Shown here piece by piece: positions 13,172 to 27,931 of a stretch of DNA of 64,000 nt. The first letter of the stretch is position 1; the number at the start of each line of letters is the position of its first letter. A model generated the notes under the pieces. That model saw only the letters and a list, made by a program, of their open reading frames with translations, searched no databases and was not told the DNA's origin. The stretch is from Octopus vulgaris (lineage: Eukaryota): the NCBI GenBank assembly GCA_951406725.2, contig OX597815.1, positions 13,640,001-13,704,000 of the forward strand, given 5' to 3'. A program made the position numbers and the translations under genes.

Positions 13172-14439
13172 AAAATATAGCACGTATGCAAAAGCCGTCT
13201 GCACATGGATTTACCATACGCTTGAGATGTGCAAATTTGAGTCATAGGAACTCTGATATAATGTAGAAGCGATAGAAGAATGACATTAAGTAATGGTAGC
13301 GATATTTGAAAATGTATACGGAGCAAAACTTTTACTAATGCAATAAGAAAAATGCATCAAGGCGTGTTAAATAAAATTTAGCACCTGCGAAAAATGAAGC
13401 AAGTTGTGGTAATATTCCAAAACGAAGTAGAAGCGTTGAAGCAATCGAATAACGCATTTGCCTCTAAAAACTTAAAAATATGTTCTAAATGTATCGTCAC
13501 TCTCCCCAACTCTTAATACACAATGTGACATTGAGCTTTGGGTGATAATGTTTGTATATCATTAAAGATGAACATAGGTGAGATTTATGTTTTACTGAGG
13601 AAATAATGATAGCCAACAATATATTTGCAAAAGCACTGTAGGAAGTGCAAGCTGTGAGATGTGTCTCGATCATTTCTTTCATACAAAACACAAAGAATGC
13701 TTTGTCCGTGTTATGAGGATTTCATTAAAACTCTATAGAAGAAAAATTAATATTGTTGAATAGGTATGGTGCAGCGTAGAAACAATATTACATTAGCATG
13801 TGCATCATAGGTGGTTCCAAGCGCATGTGTAGTAATATTTTGTAGAAAGTTGCCACACTATATACAAGTATTGTCGATCTCGAACTTTGAAGCCTTTTAT
13901 AGTCTTGAGAGATTACCGGAAAAGGAGATAAAGCTTTGAGCTAAGTTTAATTGAGAAGTTCGTATGCAATATCACATGAGTGGTAATTCTAGGGAAATTG
14001 AGAGCATCACATAGTCTAATTTACAAGCTTGCTTCATGCCACTATTTTTCATTTGTATGTGTGCAGATGTCCACTGTCTGAAGCGGAAAACAAGCTGTGT
14101 GAATGGGGAAGGGGTGACAGATTGATTCAATGACGCAAATATGGGAAATTATTAAGAATTTTAGCATAAATTAGTGCTAAAATATGTGATTTTAACAAGC
14201 GGTTGGAATTTGTCATCAGCAGGCAGTTGGACGAAGGAATCTATGTGATTTCCGCAGATCTCCTTGTTTCAATTTCTAATTCATACAAAATATCATAGCA
14301 CCATTTCAAAAAAAAACCTGCTCTCAGAGTAGGGCTTTTCAAAGTTTTTTTGTTTTTTTTTTTACCTAGGACTAACCGACTCTGCGTAGCGTCGGCTTTG
14401 GTCCCAGTTTCAATAGCTTAAACTTATTATGGCGGCGTC

Positions 14440-15320
14440 TCTTTAGGCTTTAGTGATCCGCTCTCAGCCCGTTAGCATGCCCTATATCATCTTGCTTATC
14501 CAACTCATATCAGGAAATAGAAAAATCATAATGACATTCAATGTTACGCCGCAGGTATTGCCTTTTTGTATTTTCTTTCAAGTGGTTGTATGTACTTCCA
14601 TCAGCCTCAAGTATTTCTAGGTATTTCTAGCTGGATTGAGGTTGGATTGCTTTTATCATCTCATCATTTGGCAAAACTATGACTTCTGTCCTGACAAGAT
14701 TTACTCGTCTTGTCACCATCGTAGCACATTTTGTGAGGCCGAATCCATCTTAATATCACCGGAGAAAATCTGCACAGACTGGACTAGGCTGTCCAGATCT
14801 GCCTCACGTTTTGTGAACAACCTCAAGTTCTCCATGAATAGCAAGTGATTCGGTTTTCCATTACCCCTTCCCAGCTCATATCTCAGCTTTGTTCTCCGCA
14901 GTATTTTACTCCGGGGGATCATTCCCAGCACAAAGATCAGTGGGGACACACTGTCCACTAGAAGATTCCTCTCCCAGTTTTCCCCCTTTCCTAATACATA
15001 AAACCCGGCTGTCAATTACGTTCTGCACCATTTCATACTTTTCCATATAAGGATACTCATGTTCTCTGCTACTCCATACCTTTCATTGTTCTTATTATTC
15101 GGGAGTGTGGTACAATATCGCATGCTTTTCGATAGTCAACCCATGCCATGTTCAGGTTTGTGTGTCTTCTCTTGCAGTTTCTGACAGTAGATTATCGATT
15201 AAGAGCTGATCCTTCGTCCCGCTGCTCATCTTTTAGAACACTTTCTGTTCAATAGGTAGCAGCGAAAGTTTTCCCAAGTCTCTATATAGTTAGCCGGCCA
15301 AAGTACCAGACTTTAGTTTC
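14440..15320 (-). mobile_element. Decayed R4/Dong-like LINE RT fragment
   Basis: GTKDQLLID...NLNMAWVDYRK...DSVSPLIFVL...NHLLFMENLRLF (degenerate HLLFMDDLKLF). Abuts a (TTA)n array. Confidence 0.8.
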
Positions 15321-15336
15321 TAAATTATTACTTTAT

Positions 15337-15736
<400 letters not shown>

Positions 15737-16732
15737 AAGGGTAGCGAAGGGATATATTAGTTGTTGTTGTAATCGCTACCGAACTGTCATGAATTTGATG
15801 TTGGTGCTCCTGACAGCTCGCAAAATTCTTGAAAAGTTTACCGTTCAAGGCCTATGAAAAGCTTTTCTTCTTCTTTTTGTTAATACAAAGCAGACCGTTC
15901 TGAATGTTTCTTTTAGCCAAAATAACCAATGAAGGATGGTTATTTTTGACATTTTCTTCTCTTCGGAGATTTCTAAAGAATATCGTCAACAACATCAACA
16001 ATGATATCATCTTCCAATATCACACAAAATGCCGAACAATCAGAAACAGACATTTTCCATGAAATAAATGAACAAAAAAATGTTTCTATGACACAACATA
16101 CATGCGATTCAAATAGTGACATAATGAAATAAGGAAGTAACCCTTTGCTAAAGCAGCAACATTATCACACAAGTAATATCCCACTGACATAGAAAAATGT
16201 TAATATGCATAGTTCAGCAAAAAATTCGCTCTGTAAGGTAAGGTTTTGTGAATAAGCATGATGTAATTTTTCTTTTCTGTTATTAAGGCACAAGAAAGAA
16301 ACTAAGCATGAATATTTGCATCGTTAAAGACTCCTGAGGAATGGCTTCTGTGTACCGACGAAGTAATATTTTCATGTTACGCAAGATGATGTATGGAATT
16401 ACATTACCTCAATTTGAGAGAGTAAAATGTGCGGGCGTGTGCGTTTGTCTTATTCAAGAATGCGGGCGAAGAAAGAGTAGGATTTGAACATGCGATAAAT
16501 CAGCATATTCCAAAGCTCTCCCTAGTGATACGTGTAGAAGGATTTGTCACGAGACTAGTAATACAGAGCAGGAATCTGAGTTGGCGCACTGTGTGTGTCT
16601 ATGTGTGTGTAGAGGGATCAGAATTAGTTTGTGAGCATTTTGCCCTTAGAAACACCGTAAACAGAAAAAAAGAAAATAAGCAGAAGTAACATCACCTGTA
16701 GATGATTCTAGTTTTAGCATCTCTCTCTCCCC

Positions 16733-16756
<24 letters not shown>

Positions 16757-16773
<17 letters not shown>

Positions 16774-17090
16774 CCGCCTTCTCTACAATGCAAATATATG
16801 GGAAACTACCACCTGCGTCATCTCTTGTGAAAGGTGGGAGAGTCCAGTTTGCTGGACATTGATGTAGAGCTGAAAAAGAAGTAAGTTCTACTCTCCTCCT
16901 CTGGAAGCCATCTACTCGCAATACCAGAGGGCGCACACTCTCCTACCCTGATGTAATCTCCAGGGATACAGGCATCCAGCAACAGGACCTCCGTAATGCC
17001 ATGACGGACCGTGAGGTCTGGCGTAGCATGGTAAATTCCATTGTCTCGACCACGGTCGAACAATGAATAATGAATGATGATGAAGATGGT
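16757..17090 (+). mobile_element. RTE-like LINE 3' end
   Basis: IYGKLPP...RVQFAGH*CRA...LLLWKP...RGR..SYPDVISRDTG...LRNAMTDREVWRSMV, then a TGA-rich tail. Confidence 0.82.
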
Positions 17091-19236
17091 GAAAATTGAT
17101 CAAGAGAGGAATCAACGACAGATAGTACCTATTTCCTTATTACGAGGAACCCAGCCTCTCTATCCAGAAGCAACAAAACACAGCAGCTTTATTTCATCAA
17201 ATAGTACCACTCTATCGTCTTGCGTCAAGGAGTTCGCTGTAAATCGGAGATAGAAATGAAACATTAGTGGGAAAACTGTTGTGATACACAACACTTTTAG
17301 AATAATAATGAAATTATTTTATACAGTGCTCAGGTGCACCCCAGCAGCTTTGTATTACTGTGCTGTAGGTTGTTTTTATCCTTGTCATTAATATCATTGT
17401 AGTGTTTGAAGTTACTGCTGAGATGGATATATCTTACAATGAACACAAGGAAATTCGCTCTTGTTCAATGCCATTCAATTCATGTGAATGGGTATCGAAT
17501 GTTTCATCCTAATTATCACTACAGAACGTGCATTCATTATTGATCACGTGTTTCAGCATTCACAGAATAAATATAATTCAATAGAGGGAGATGATTAAAT
17601 GTTGATATAGTGGGTCTCACACCTTCAGTCTAGAAAAATGTAGTGTCCCCTTCCTACGCCATACACCAATAACTACTCGCAGTCCTTTGTTCCTGGTAGT
17701 TTGTCTTTACTTCAATCGTCAGCTACAAAGTATTCCTGAGGAATACTAACTGCACTCTGAGACCTACAAGGGCGATCAAAGTAATTATTTCCTCCAAGTC
17801 AGACTAAAAAACAATCTTTCTGTTTGACCTTCGTTTTTTTTTAATCTCTATACTGCCCTTAACTAAGTGAAATCTATTCACGTTCCAATCCTTCCACGGG
17901 GCATACAAGTATTTTGGTCGCAAGTAATACATCAGAGACAAACTATTTTCGTCATACGTCTCTCTCAATCAATGAAAGTCAACCTCATCATCAATCTATC
18001 AATTACAAACGGGCAAATATTCATTTATAATGTCATCATCACCTCCTAGAAATACCTCCGTGCATTATTTTGCCTAATTAAAGTAATCAATATTACGCAT
18101 ACGTAAACCGACTGTATCGAATTCGTTATCGAGTAGCAAAAACAACATACATGCAAGGTTCACCTTATTCTTACATCAATACGGGATCTATTTTTGGAAT
18201 ACAAACTTAATAAAATTTGAACACATGCAATCATTCCGATGGAATTAAGTATTTAACGATGCATAATTGTTCTAAATGGAAGTCAAATGAAATCCAAGTC
18301 ACGCATCATTAAAGTAAAAAAAAATCGTGTTTATGATAAATTTCAATTGTTACACTATTCGGCAACGATCGAGTGAATAAAATATACGTGATCCAATAAT
18401 CATTTATAGTAAATTGAATAATAAAAGCCCAATGAAATTTTCTCACACACTCCGTTCACAAGAGAATAATTACCACTCAAGTAACGTTGTGGTCTCTTGA
18501 AGAAAAGAAGAAACAACTAGAAATTGAAACCTTCAGAATGCATTTCCTTATCAATGTGAAGGATTGCTAATCACTTTTGACGATGTTAGAAAAATATTAT
18601 TTTCTTGGAAAATAACCGTATGGTCATTTGGAAAACTGATTTATGCTGGATCAGATGAATCTACGTTTCCTAGGAGACTTCAAATACAGTTGCAGGATGG
18701 TTTTTACACATCAACGTCTTCGGAGATTATATGTCGTTTTCGAGAGTCAGACTCTAAGTCGTATAACACACACCTCACAAGCAAGGACACAATGCGATGA
18801 TGCAAGAATGCAGAATGCATTTCTTTAGTACTGCTTTAGAATAAAAGATGTACTAATGCCGTACAAGGACCATCAGAGATCTTAGTTAACTGGCCAGGAA
18901 AGTCTTATCTCTACGATGCGGGCGCCTTTATCCGAGATTCGAGACAGGAATACGCAAACTTGGTAAAATAAATGAGGATATTTCCGGTTGAGTTGTTTTC
19001 GCTCTCAATGAGGGACACCGAATAGTTTAGAAATGTCCAGGGTTGACATAATAGCACATATACTATACATAAATCAGATTCTAAAACCGTGATATTGACG
19101 CCCTTATCTGTATAAATAAAAACAAAACAATTCTTTATATTTAATGTTGGATATCGACAGCATATAAACCATGTTAGCAATGCGATTTAAATACTGTTGG
19201 ATTTTTCTCATACACTGAAAAAATTTTCCGAGTGGG

Positions 19237-19284
19237 CGTTTATTTACACCTATGATATTATAATATTATAGGTGTAAATAAACG
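19237..19284. repeat. 48-bp spacerless palindrome
   Basis: CGTTTATTTACACCTATGATATTA / TAATATTATAGGTGTAAATAAACG, one mismatch. Confidence 0.9.
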
Positions 19285-19426
19285 AAAGCAACGTGGGCAC
19301 ACTTCTGGTATTTTAAATGAAATTTGCAAGAAAGAACACGAAAGCACGAAACAATAGTCCTTTACCAACATTCAGTTTCTCAATATTGATACTTTGATAT
19401 TTTGGAGACTCGCATTTGAGGATAAA

Positions 19427-19626
19427 TACTCTTACTCTTTTACTCTTTTACTTGTTTCAGTCATTTGACTGCGGCCATGCTGGAGCACCGCCTTTAGTCG
19501 AGCAAATCGACCCCGGAACTTATTCTTTGTAAGCCCAGTACTTATTCTATCGGGGTCTTTTGCCGAACCGCTAAGTGACGGGGACGTAAACACACCAGCA
19601 TCGGTTGTCAAGCAATGCTAGGGGGA

Positions 19627-19682
<56 letters not shown>

Positions 19683-19846
19683 CATATATACGACAGGCTT
19701 CTTTCAGTTTCCGTCTACCAAATCCACTCACAAGGCATTGGTCGGCCCGGGGCTATAGCAGAAGACAGTTGCCCAAGATGCCACGCAGTGGGACTAAACC
19801 CGGAACCATGTGGTTGCTTAGCAAGCTACGTACCACACAGCCACTC
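19427..19846 (-). mobile_element. SINE family 1 copy
   Basis: Reverse-complement match to 38-423. Confidence 0.92.
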
Positions 19847-20640
19847 GGAGAAAAAAGACAACGCGAAGACGTGGCATATGCAAAGTATTAATAAGTCGCT
19901 CATTGAAGAAAGAAATGGTGTTTTACATTTCGCGCAAAGCGATTCATCAGAAACAGTAGACAGAGGAAATTCAACAGAAAAGGAAGATGGAGGAAAAATA
20001 TCGCCAACAATCCACATGGAGCTGCATTACACACTATTGCAGATTATTTGTACATTTATGTAAGTAACTAATGAGTATTTTTTCTACGCCTTGTTACGCA
20101 TTTTTATTCCATCTAATATTTGAACATTTTATGTCATTGGCAGTGATCGGGTTCGCAGCTATTACATCATCCTCAAAGACTATTTCACCTATATTTCAAT
20201 AAAGGAAAGGAATTGGTAAACAAAAAAAAAAACGCTATAGGTTTAGGCTGCATACCAATAAAATTAGGGTTCGTGTGAAAGGAGGCCATGCCGTAAATAC
20301 CAGTTTTATAAAGGATCGATTTTGGCCCCCTATTATATACTTGAGAAGGAGCCCCAGAATAGCAAAGCCCCAATGAGTGAAACGCAGTGAAGAATGAAAC
20401 AATATATACACAGTGTTATGTTTTCGTGTATGTATATTTCAGTGAGTGCTTGTAGATGTATATGCGTCTATATATGTATATAATGTTCACCTACTTAATA
20501 AAAGAGAAATCGATTTTAGCATCTATAATGTATTGTCTACATTTCTTGATTTACCGTCTACTCAATCCACGATTTTGATATATAACATGAGTGTACATAC
20601 ACTTACATATTCACAGACATACACACATATATGTATACAT

Positions 20641-20698
<58 letters not shown>

Positions 20699-20745
20699 GT
20701 GTGTGTGTATATATATATGTATATATATGTGTATATATATATATG

Positions 20746-20872
<127 letters not shown>

Positions 20873-21576
20873 CGTTATGTATCGTAACCTTGGATTCAGA
20901 ACGCTGTAAATCAAGAACTGTAGACAATATATTTTAGATGCTGAAATCGATTTCTTTTGTGTGAGGAAAAATGTATAGCATCCAGCATATATACACATAC
21001 ACACTCTCTCACTATTTATATCATACACACATGCATGCATACATACGTACCGACGTACATTATTGGCATACGTATATATTTATATTACACAGAAACACAC
21101 ACGTGCATATGTGTGTGAGGTGCATGTATGTATGTTTATATGACTATTCTATGTTACAGTGTAATATAAATATATATATATATATATATATACATACATA
21201 AGTATGCATTGAATGTATGTCTATGTATATATGTATATATGTTTTTCATGTATGTATATGTGTATAATTTGTTTCCTCTCTTGTAAATTACAAAATATTT
21301 CTGAATCAGTTTGTACGAAAAAAGTTATAATATCAGAACTTTAATATTGGCCGTCGGCACATGACAAGCATTCACATTATCCTAATATTCAACGTCGAGA
21401 AATATTTAAGATATAGATATACGCTATCTTCTATTGGTTCATTGTTATTGGTCTCTAATAATATAAGAAATCTTCAATAGTTTGTTTCGTTTGTGGTTAA
21501 TATGACGATGTGAATTTATCGAGTCGCAACAATAAGTTACTCTAAAATCTGTAATGTTCACAATTTTTTATATACA

Positions 21577-21802
21577 CTTTTACTCTTGTACTTGTTTCAT
21601 TTATTAGACTGCGGTTACTGGAACACCGCCTTCCGTCGAGAAAATCGACGCCAGTACTTATTCTTTGTAAGCCTAGTACTTATTCCGTCGGTCTCTTTGA
21701 CCTAACCCCTAAGTTACGGGAACATAAACACACCAGCATCCGTTGTCAAGCGATGTTGGCGGGGACAAACACAGGCACATCAAAACACGCACATACACAC
21801 AT

Positions 21803-21848
<46 letters not shown>

Positions 21849-22199
21849 GTGTGCGTGTGTGTGTGTGTGTGTAAATATATGTACATATATGTAAATATAT
21901 GTAAATATATGTACATATACATATATACGATGTGCTTATTTCAGTTTATGTCTACTAAATCCACTCACAAGGCTTTAGTAGGCCCGAGGCTATAGTGGAG
22001 GACATTTGCCCAAGGTGCCACGCAGTGCGATTGAACCCGGAATCATTTGGTTGGTAAGCAAACTACTTACCACAGAGCCACTCCTGCGCCTGCGTACCAC
22101 ACAGCCACTCCTGCGCCTGCGTACCACACAGCCACTCCTGCGCCTGCGTACCACACAGCCACTCCTGCGCCTGCTTAACACACAGCCACTCCTGTGCGT
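21577..22199 (-). mobile_element. SINE family 1 copy with five tandem copies of its 27-bp 5' end
   Basis: More diverged body; ACCACACAGCCACTCCTGCGCCTGCGT repeated at 22069-22199. Confidence 0.9.
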
Positions 22200-22682
22200 A
22201 AATATATGAATTATTTAAGAGAGATTGGAAAATATCATGTCGAAGCTTTACTTAGAAAATTATAACGCTGCCATTCAATATTTGCTTGAATTATGCTCAG
22301 TGTGCAACGGGTACTTACTCACCTGATAGTATGTACCCTACTTTCGTACATTCTGTTACGTGCTTATATAGTCGTGAGGAAAGTTAGTCAACCACATGTG
22401 CATTTCACAATGTGACACCAAGGAACATCTAGGATATATGTATCAGAGAATCTGGTGGACTGGCTACACTAGCTCTAAATTGTACTTCACTTGCTTCAAA
22501 TTAACAGTCAGAGAAAACGTCAATCAATTCGATTTCTCTAGGACATAACGAATCGCCGCATCTACGAATTGAGCCAGCGACCTAAACACTGAGCAAGGCG
22601 GGCAACAACAATATTATCATTTCGGAACAATAATAATGTTGAACTGAGTTTCAGTCGTATATAAAAATATATATATATATTA

Positions 22683-23196
22683 CTATCAGTATCGCCCGGC
22701 GTTGCTCGGGTTTGTAAGGGAAATAACTATATAAGCATTTTTAGAGAGTTACTTCCCTTATAGATGCCAATTCGGGCTTTCTTAGCCATTTCTGTTTTGG
22801 TGTCTTCAAGCCATGAAGTCGTTGTTCTAAAAGAACGCTGGTCTCCTTGACAACGCTTTACGACGTTGATTTCCTTACACTCCCTTCCCCACAGCTTCAC
22901 GAGGGAGGGAAGAAGGGGGAGAAGCAACACAGGTGCAGGTGTGACCATGGACGCCAACTCCGCAGCCATCGACACACGAAAAATTATGCATTAAAATGGA
23001 ATAAGAAATGATGTTAAATTATTTTTAAAATCGTAGACTCATCGTAGACGCGCGCTAATACTCAGACGGGATCGATATGAATCACGACTATACGATACCC
23101 GAATTTGGTTAAACTGCACCGCAAAATGTGGGAGTAGTTAGGAATCAAAATCGAAGGGGACAGACACTCACACAACTACAGTTTTATATATATAGA
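22683..23196 (-). mobile_element. Non-autonomous Helitron
   Basis: Minus strand starts TCTATATATATAAAA and ends with hairpin CCCGAGCAACGCCGGG then ATAG (a CTAG variant). Same terminal design as 7711-8481. Confidence 0.8.
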
Positions 23197-23200
23197 TATT

Positions 23201-23554
23201 GTGGAGGCGCGTGGCTTAGTTGTTAGGGTGTCAGCACCATGATCGTAAGATTGTGGTTTCGATTCCTGGACCGGGCGACGCGTTGTGTTCTTGAGCAAAA
23301 CACTTCATTTCACATTGCTCCAGTCCACTCAGCTTGAGGGCGGCAAGCTGGCAGAAACGTTAGCATGCAGGGCGATATGCTTAGCGGTATTTTGTCTGCC
23401 GTTACATTCTGAGTTCAAATTCCGCAGAGGTTGACTTTCGGGGTCGATAAATTAAGTACCAGTTACGCACTGGCGTCGATGTAATCGACTTAATCCGTTT
23501 GTCTGTCCTTGTTTGTCCCCTTTGTGTTTAGCCCCTTGTGGGTAGTAAAGAAAT
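23201..23554 (+). mobile_element. Chimeric SINE: family 2 head A (23201-23336) fused to a family 3 copy (23337-23554)
   Basis: First part aligns to the head of 5136-5462; second part aligns to 12942-13171 and 61816-62046. Confidence 0.82.
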
Positions 23555-23570
23555 ATATATATATATATAT

Positions 23571-23830
23571 ATTATATAAAATCTGTTCGGTGTGTGTGTA
23601 TGTGTGTGTGCGTGTGTGTCTTCTTGGATCTCGGGCATCCTCCATCCAATTGCGCTCAAATTTGACATGTAGATACCGACGGTATCAGGGCACGTACAAG
23701 TCTTGAAAACATTACAAAAATCGATTTCGGGTGAGAATGCGATCGATAAAGCCCTGGGAAATCGTTTTCTTTGGTTACAGAATCGATTATATGGCGCTGA
23801 TAGGAGTTGCCTCCCTTAACACCAAGCATA
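23571..23830 (+). mobile_element. Probable Helitron 5' fragment
   Basis: TATATAAAA plus (TG)n plus CCAATTGCGCTCAAATTTGACA, similar to the 5' part of 7711-8481. No 3' end found. Confidence 0.45.
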
Positions 23831-24675
23831 CATATTTCATACACAGTCGATCATTTTTCTTTCTTTTACTTTTTCAACTACTGCTGAGGGCCAAACAAAG
23901 CCATCAACAAAGCACAGGGGCAGTCATAGAAAGTCGTGAGTTTGGACCTCACCTCTCTTTGCTTTTTCGCACGGACAACTGTATGTGGGCTGTTCGAGGG
24001 TTGGTTGTTCGACAAACCTTTACAACTACGCTCCAGACGAACTAACGAGGAATGTGGTTTACAATGCTGCGCTCCACTTGTTTTCCATCCCTTTGAACAT
24101 CCCTTAAAGTAAGTTAGCTTTAAATTAGTTACTTAGTTCCCTAGGTTGTTACTTGTCATCAAAATTCGCCACAAATTGATTTTCTTCATGTTTTATCGGA
24201 TAAAATTATTATTGTCCCAGGTACGTTCTAATAAATTCATTATGCTTTTCCATCTAGATTTACCTCCAGCAAACCCATTTGCATGCATCGTTTTTGTCCT
24301 GCTTTTCTTCCGTCAACCAATACATAACTGCACCTTCCATTTTTTTGTTGTTTTTGTACTGCTTAAAGGCACGTTTCTTTCCTGCCAAGCTTACTGTTTA
24401 AACTATGTTTGTGTTCTCCCAGTCAACAGCCTTATCATTACCGGTACTTTAAACTCTTCGGTTGCATATTTGTGTGAATAAAACCGTTTTTCTTTGGAAT
24501 AGGAAAAAATGTCTATCTTTATTTCTTCTTTTGCTGGTGTCTCAAATTTAGGTTAAATCAGTGTTTCTCAAAGAGGAGGCCTATGGGACTGTCGGACAAG
24601 TGGTTTTGAGAAACTTTGGCTTAAATGATTGACAACTCGGCATCGTCCATTGGACTGAGGGGGCGTTTTGCTCGT

Positions 24676-24732
<57 letters not shown>

Positions 24733-25613
24733 CATGTACACACATGTACAGACGCACGCACTCACACACGCACACACATATAAAGAAAATTTATATGTGG
24801 TTATATATAGTTATGAGAGATAATGGTGTCAATAAGACCCAAAGGTGTCAGGTAATGGTGAGTAAGTGCTATGGACAGATCATAGTTAAGCTCCAAGTTC
24901 GGTGATTATGCGAAGAAGGAGATTTTAAAACATTTATAAATCTGTGAAGATTTTAGAACATTTATAAATAGAAGTTCTTATAGGTATTTCCAGGATATTT
25001 ATTATATCCCATTTATATATTATACATGTTCCTACACACTCAAAGTGAAAATACTTTCTCTGTAGCTCGCAAAAGATAAATTCTTCTTACAGATAAGGAT
25101 TACGAAAACACAGTGAAGAACAGCGAAACAGGGGACTCGCAGACCGATGAAGTCATTCATATCACGACCCTTTGTATTTTCACACGCACTGTCTATAAAG
25201 AGAATTTCACTTTCGAAACATGTACAGAAAGACGGTTTTTTCATCTCCTCAGTGTGAATACACGCACTAAGTATACACGTACAAAGCTTTGGTACAATAT
25301 ACTTTAATAGCTATAATATAAATTTTACCGATATATGTGTGCATATAAGAGAAGTATAAATATATGTTCTAGCTTCCAAAGTTGTTGACTGTGTATATCG
25401 ATTTTACATACTTGTAGGATGTCTCTATGCCTATTTGATACCTATTATTATATTTATTATACGTGTACATATTTATCTTTGAACTTAATTATGTATAATT
25501 ATGACTTCGTATACACATATGTATGTATGTGAGCACACAAATATACACATATATTTATATGTGTGTATGTGTATGTATGCATGTATACACACACAGGCAT
25601 GTACATTTAATCA

Positions 25614-25649
<36 letters not shown>

Positions 25650-26199
25650 TATATGTATATATGTATATATGTATATATAAATATATATATATATATGCAT
25701 ATATGTAGATATTAATGTGTATAATATGTATGAGTGTTTGTCTATATACGTGTGTGTATTCTTATTAATCTTAGGTATATATACGAAGCATATGTCGATG
25801 CACATTCATATAGAAAATTTGTGTATTTAATTGCATATATTTTTCTGTTATATTTTTGTTTATTTAAATTTATTCAAACAAGTTATTTTATACATATCTA
25901 TATGGGTCAAATGGCTACATACGCGTCTATTGATACATAATAGCGCTTTTAATCCTTCTAGCCATTAATTGAAACCTAAATGGCGTTTGATTTCTGTTCT
26001 TGTTTACGATTGCTGAAAAGATATAATAATTTCATGTTAGCGGACCTAAATCTAATTATCGAAAGTGTACACATAAGTGGCTGTCTGGATACCATATCAA
26101 AGTTCAAGGCACGATAGTGATTTTAATATATTTTACGGAATTTTTATGGTTATTTTATGATTATTTTACGCCTATATTAAAATTAAATACGTAATTATT

Positions 26200-26548
26200 T
26201 AATATTGCTTTCAAATTTTGACACAAGGTCACCATATTCGGCAGTCAATTCGGTATGTCAATTACATCGATTCCAGTGCACAAGTGGTCCTTATTTAATC
26301 GACTCCTCATGAATAAAAGTATAAGTTGACCGCGACGGAATTTGAAATCCGAATGTACATTCGAAAGAAATAACCTTTCCATTGTAGGCAGAAGGTCTAA
26401 AATTTTGGGGGAAAGGATTAAGTCGATTACATTGAGCCTTTCGCCCGGTGTGTTAAAGATCCTGGCTGCTCGCTGCCTTAAAATAGAAAGAAATAACGCT
26501 AAACATTTTCTGCAGTGTTCTAACGCTTCTGCTAGCTCGCCCCCTTAA
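26200..26548 (-). mobile_element. Degenerate, nested SINE family 3 remnants
   Basis: TTAAGTCGATTACAT...; TAACGCTTCTGCTAGCTCGCC; CGGAATTTGAA. Confidence 0.6.
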
Positions 26549-27120
26549 GTAATTATTTAATATTATGTATGTCCCTGTGTGTGTGTGTGCGCGTACAGTC
26601 ATACCTATAATAATGAAAAACCACTGACTTGGATATTATGAAGTTAATGGTCATATATAATATTCATTGACCATATAATATAATAGGAATGCATTTCCTA
26701 TTATAAATTACGCAAGCCGGAAAGCTACGTATTAAATGATTTCAAAATATCGCTATTGTGTTTGACATCGTTATTACAACTGATGCGGCACGATGCCAGT
26801 AAAAAATAGTTGGGCTTGACTCCACTTATACCGATAATCTAAGAACGATTTTGAGTAGTTTGTTATGTTTGTCAAGACGAAAGTTCTGGTACTGTGAACT
26901 GTTTCTTTGCGTAACAGGATTGTCCAGACATATTGATGCATAAATAATACATACACGTACATATGCAAACAAGCAAACACACATACACGCATATGTAATT
27001 ATGTATGTATGCATGCATGTATATACATAGGGAATGTTTACGAAAAAAAACAAAAGACGAAGATAGGTGGTGTACAAAACAAACAGATGTATTAATATAA
27101 CGCTCAGGAATAGAAAACGT

Positions 27121-27156
27121 CTTTTACGTTTCGAGCCTACGCTCTTCTACAGAAAG
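27121..27156 (-). ncRNA. Variant minimal hammerhead motif (expanded CUGA box)
   Basis: CTTT-CTGTAGAAGA-GCGTAGGCTC-GAAA-CG-TA-AAAG. Stem I is CTTT/AAAG and stem III is the palindromic ACGT typical of dimeric PLE hammerheads. Confidence 0.55.
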
Positions 27157-27709
27157 GGACACAGAAAAAACAAGGAGAGAGAAAAAAAGTGTTTGTAATG
27201 GCTAACGTTCTATCATGGCGACTAGTGCCGGACAGAGGGGTCAGACAGGAGAATATGTATGTAAGTATGTATGTATGTATGTATGTATGTATGTATGTAT
27301 GTATGTATGTATGTATGTATGTATGTGCAGCTTTGTACGTTTTATGTTATTCCCATGCATATAGCTGCATGTATGTATATATGTATATATTATATTTTTG
27401 GATGTATGTATATATGTATGTATGTGGGTATGTATGTACGTATGTGGATATATATATGTGCGTATCTAATTTAATGAAATTCAGTTGTCACTTTACGATG
27501 ACCTTTTTGTCATTACATCTACAGAAAGTCCTACGGTGATGGGAAAATAGTGACGTATGTGGACCTAACCAGATGCAAGTATACTGCATGTCGCAACTTT
27601 CCTCCGTCATCTATGCTTTAGACCAAACAGATTTTCGACGGGACTAAAGAGGTATATGTGAGGTCATGCACAGGAAGTCAGAAATCCTGTTGACAACATG
27701 AAAGCAGAA

Positions 27710-27881
27710 GACGGCAGGAGTGGCTGTGTGGTAAGTAGCTTGCTAACCAACCACATGGTTCCGGGTTCAGTCCCACTGCGTGGCATCTTGGGCAAGTGTC
27801 TTCTGCTATAGCCCCGGGCCGACCAATGCCTTGTGAGTGGATTTTGTACACGGAAACTGAAAGAAGCCTGTCGTATATATG

Positions 27882-27931
<50 letters not shown>

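Noticed and set aside
13390-14050. Possible decayed hAT transposase
   Set aside because: No diagnostic motif recoverable.
17764-18150. Old mariner-like remnant (also 2264-2400)
   Set aside because: Only vague TIR resemblance; a paired end was not established.
22069-22199. CRISPR-like array
   Set aside because: Head-to-tail repeats with no unique spacers, in a eukaryotic context.
25189-25227. Variant hammerhead CTG...GAAACATGTACAG as a standalone feature
   Set aside because: The core box is too degenerate; kept only as a weak member of the census.
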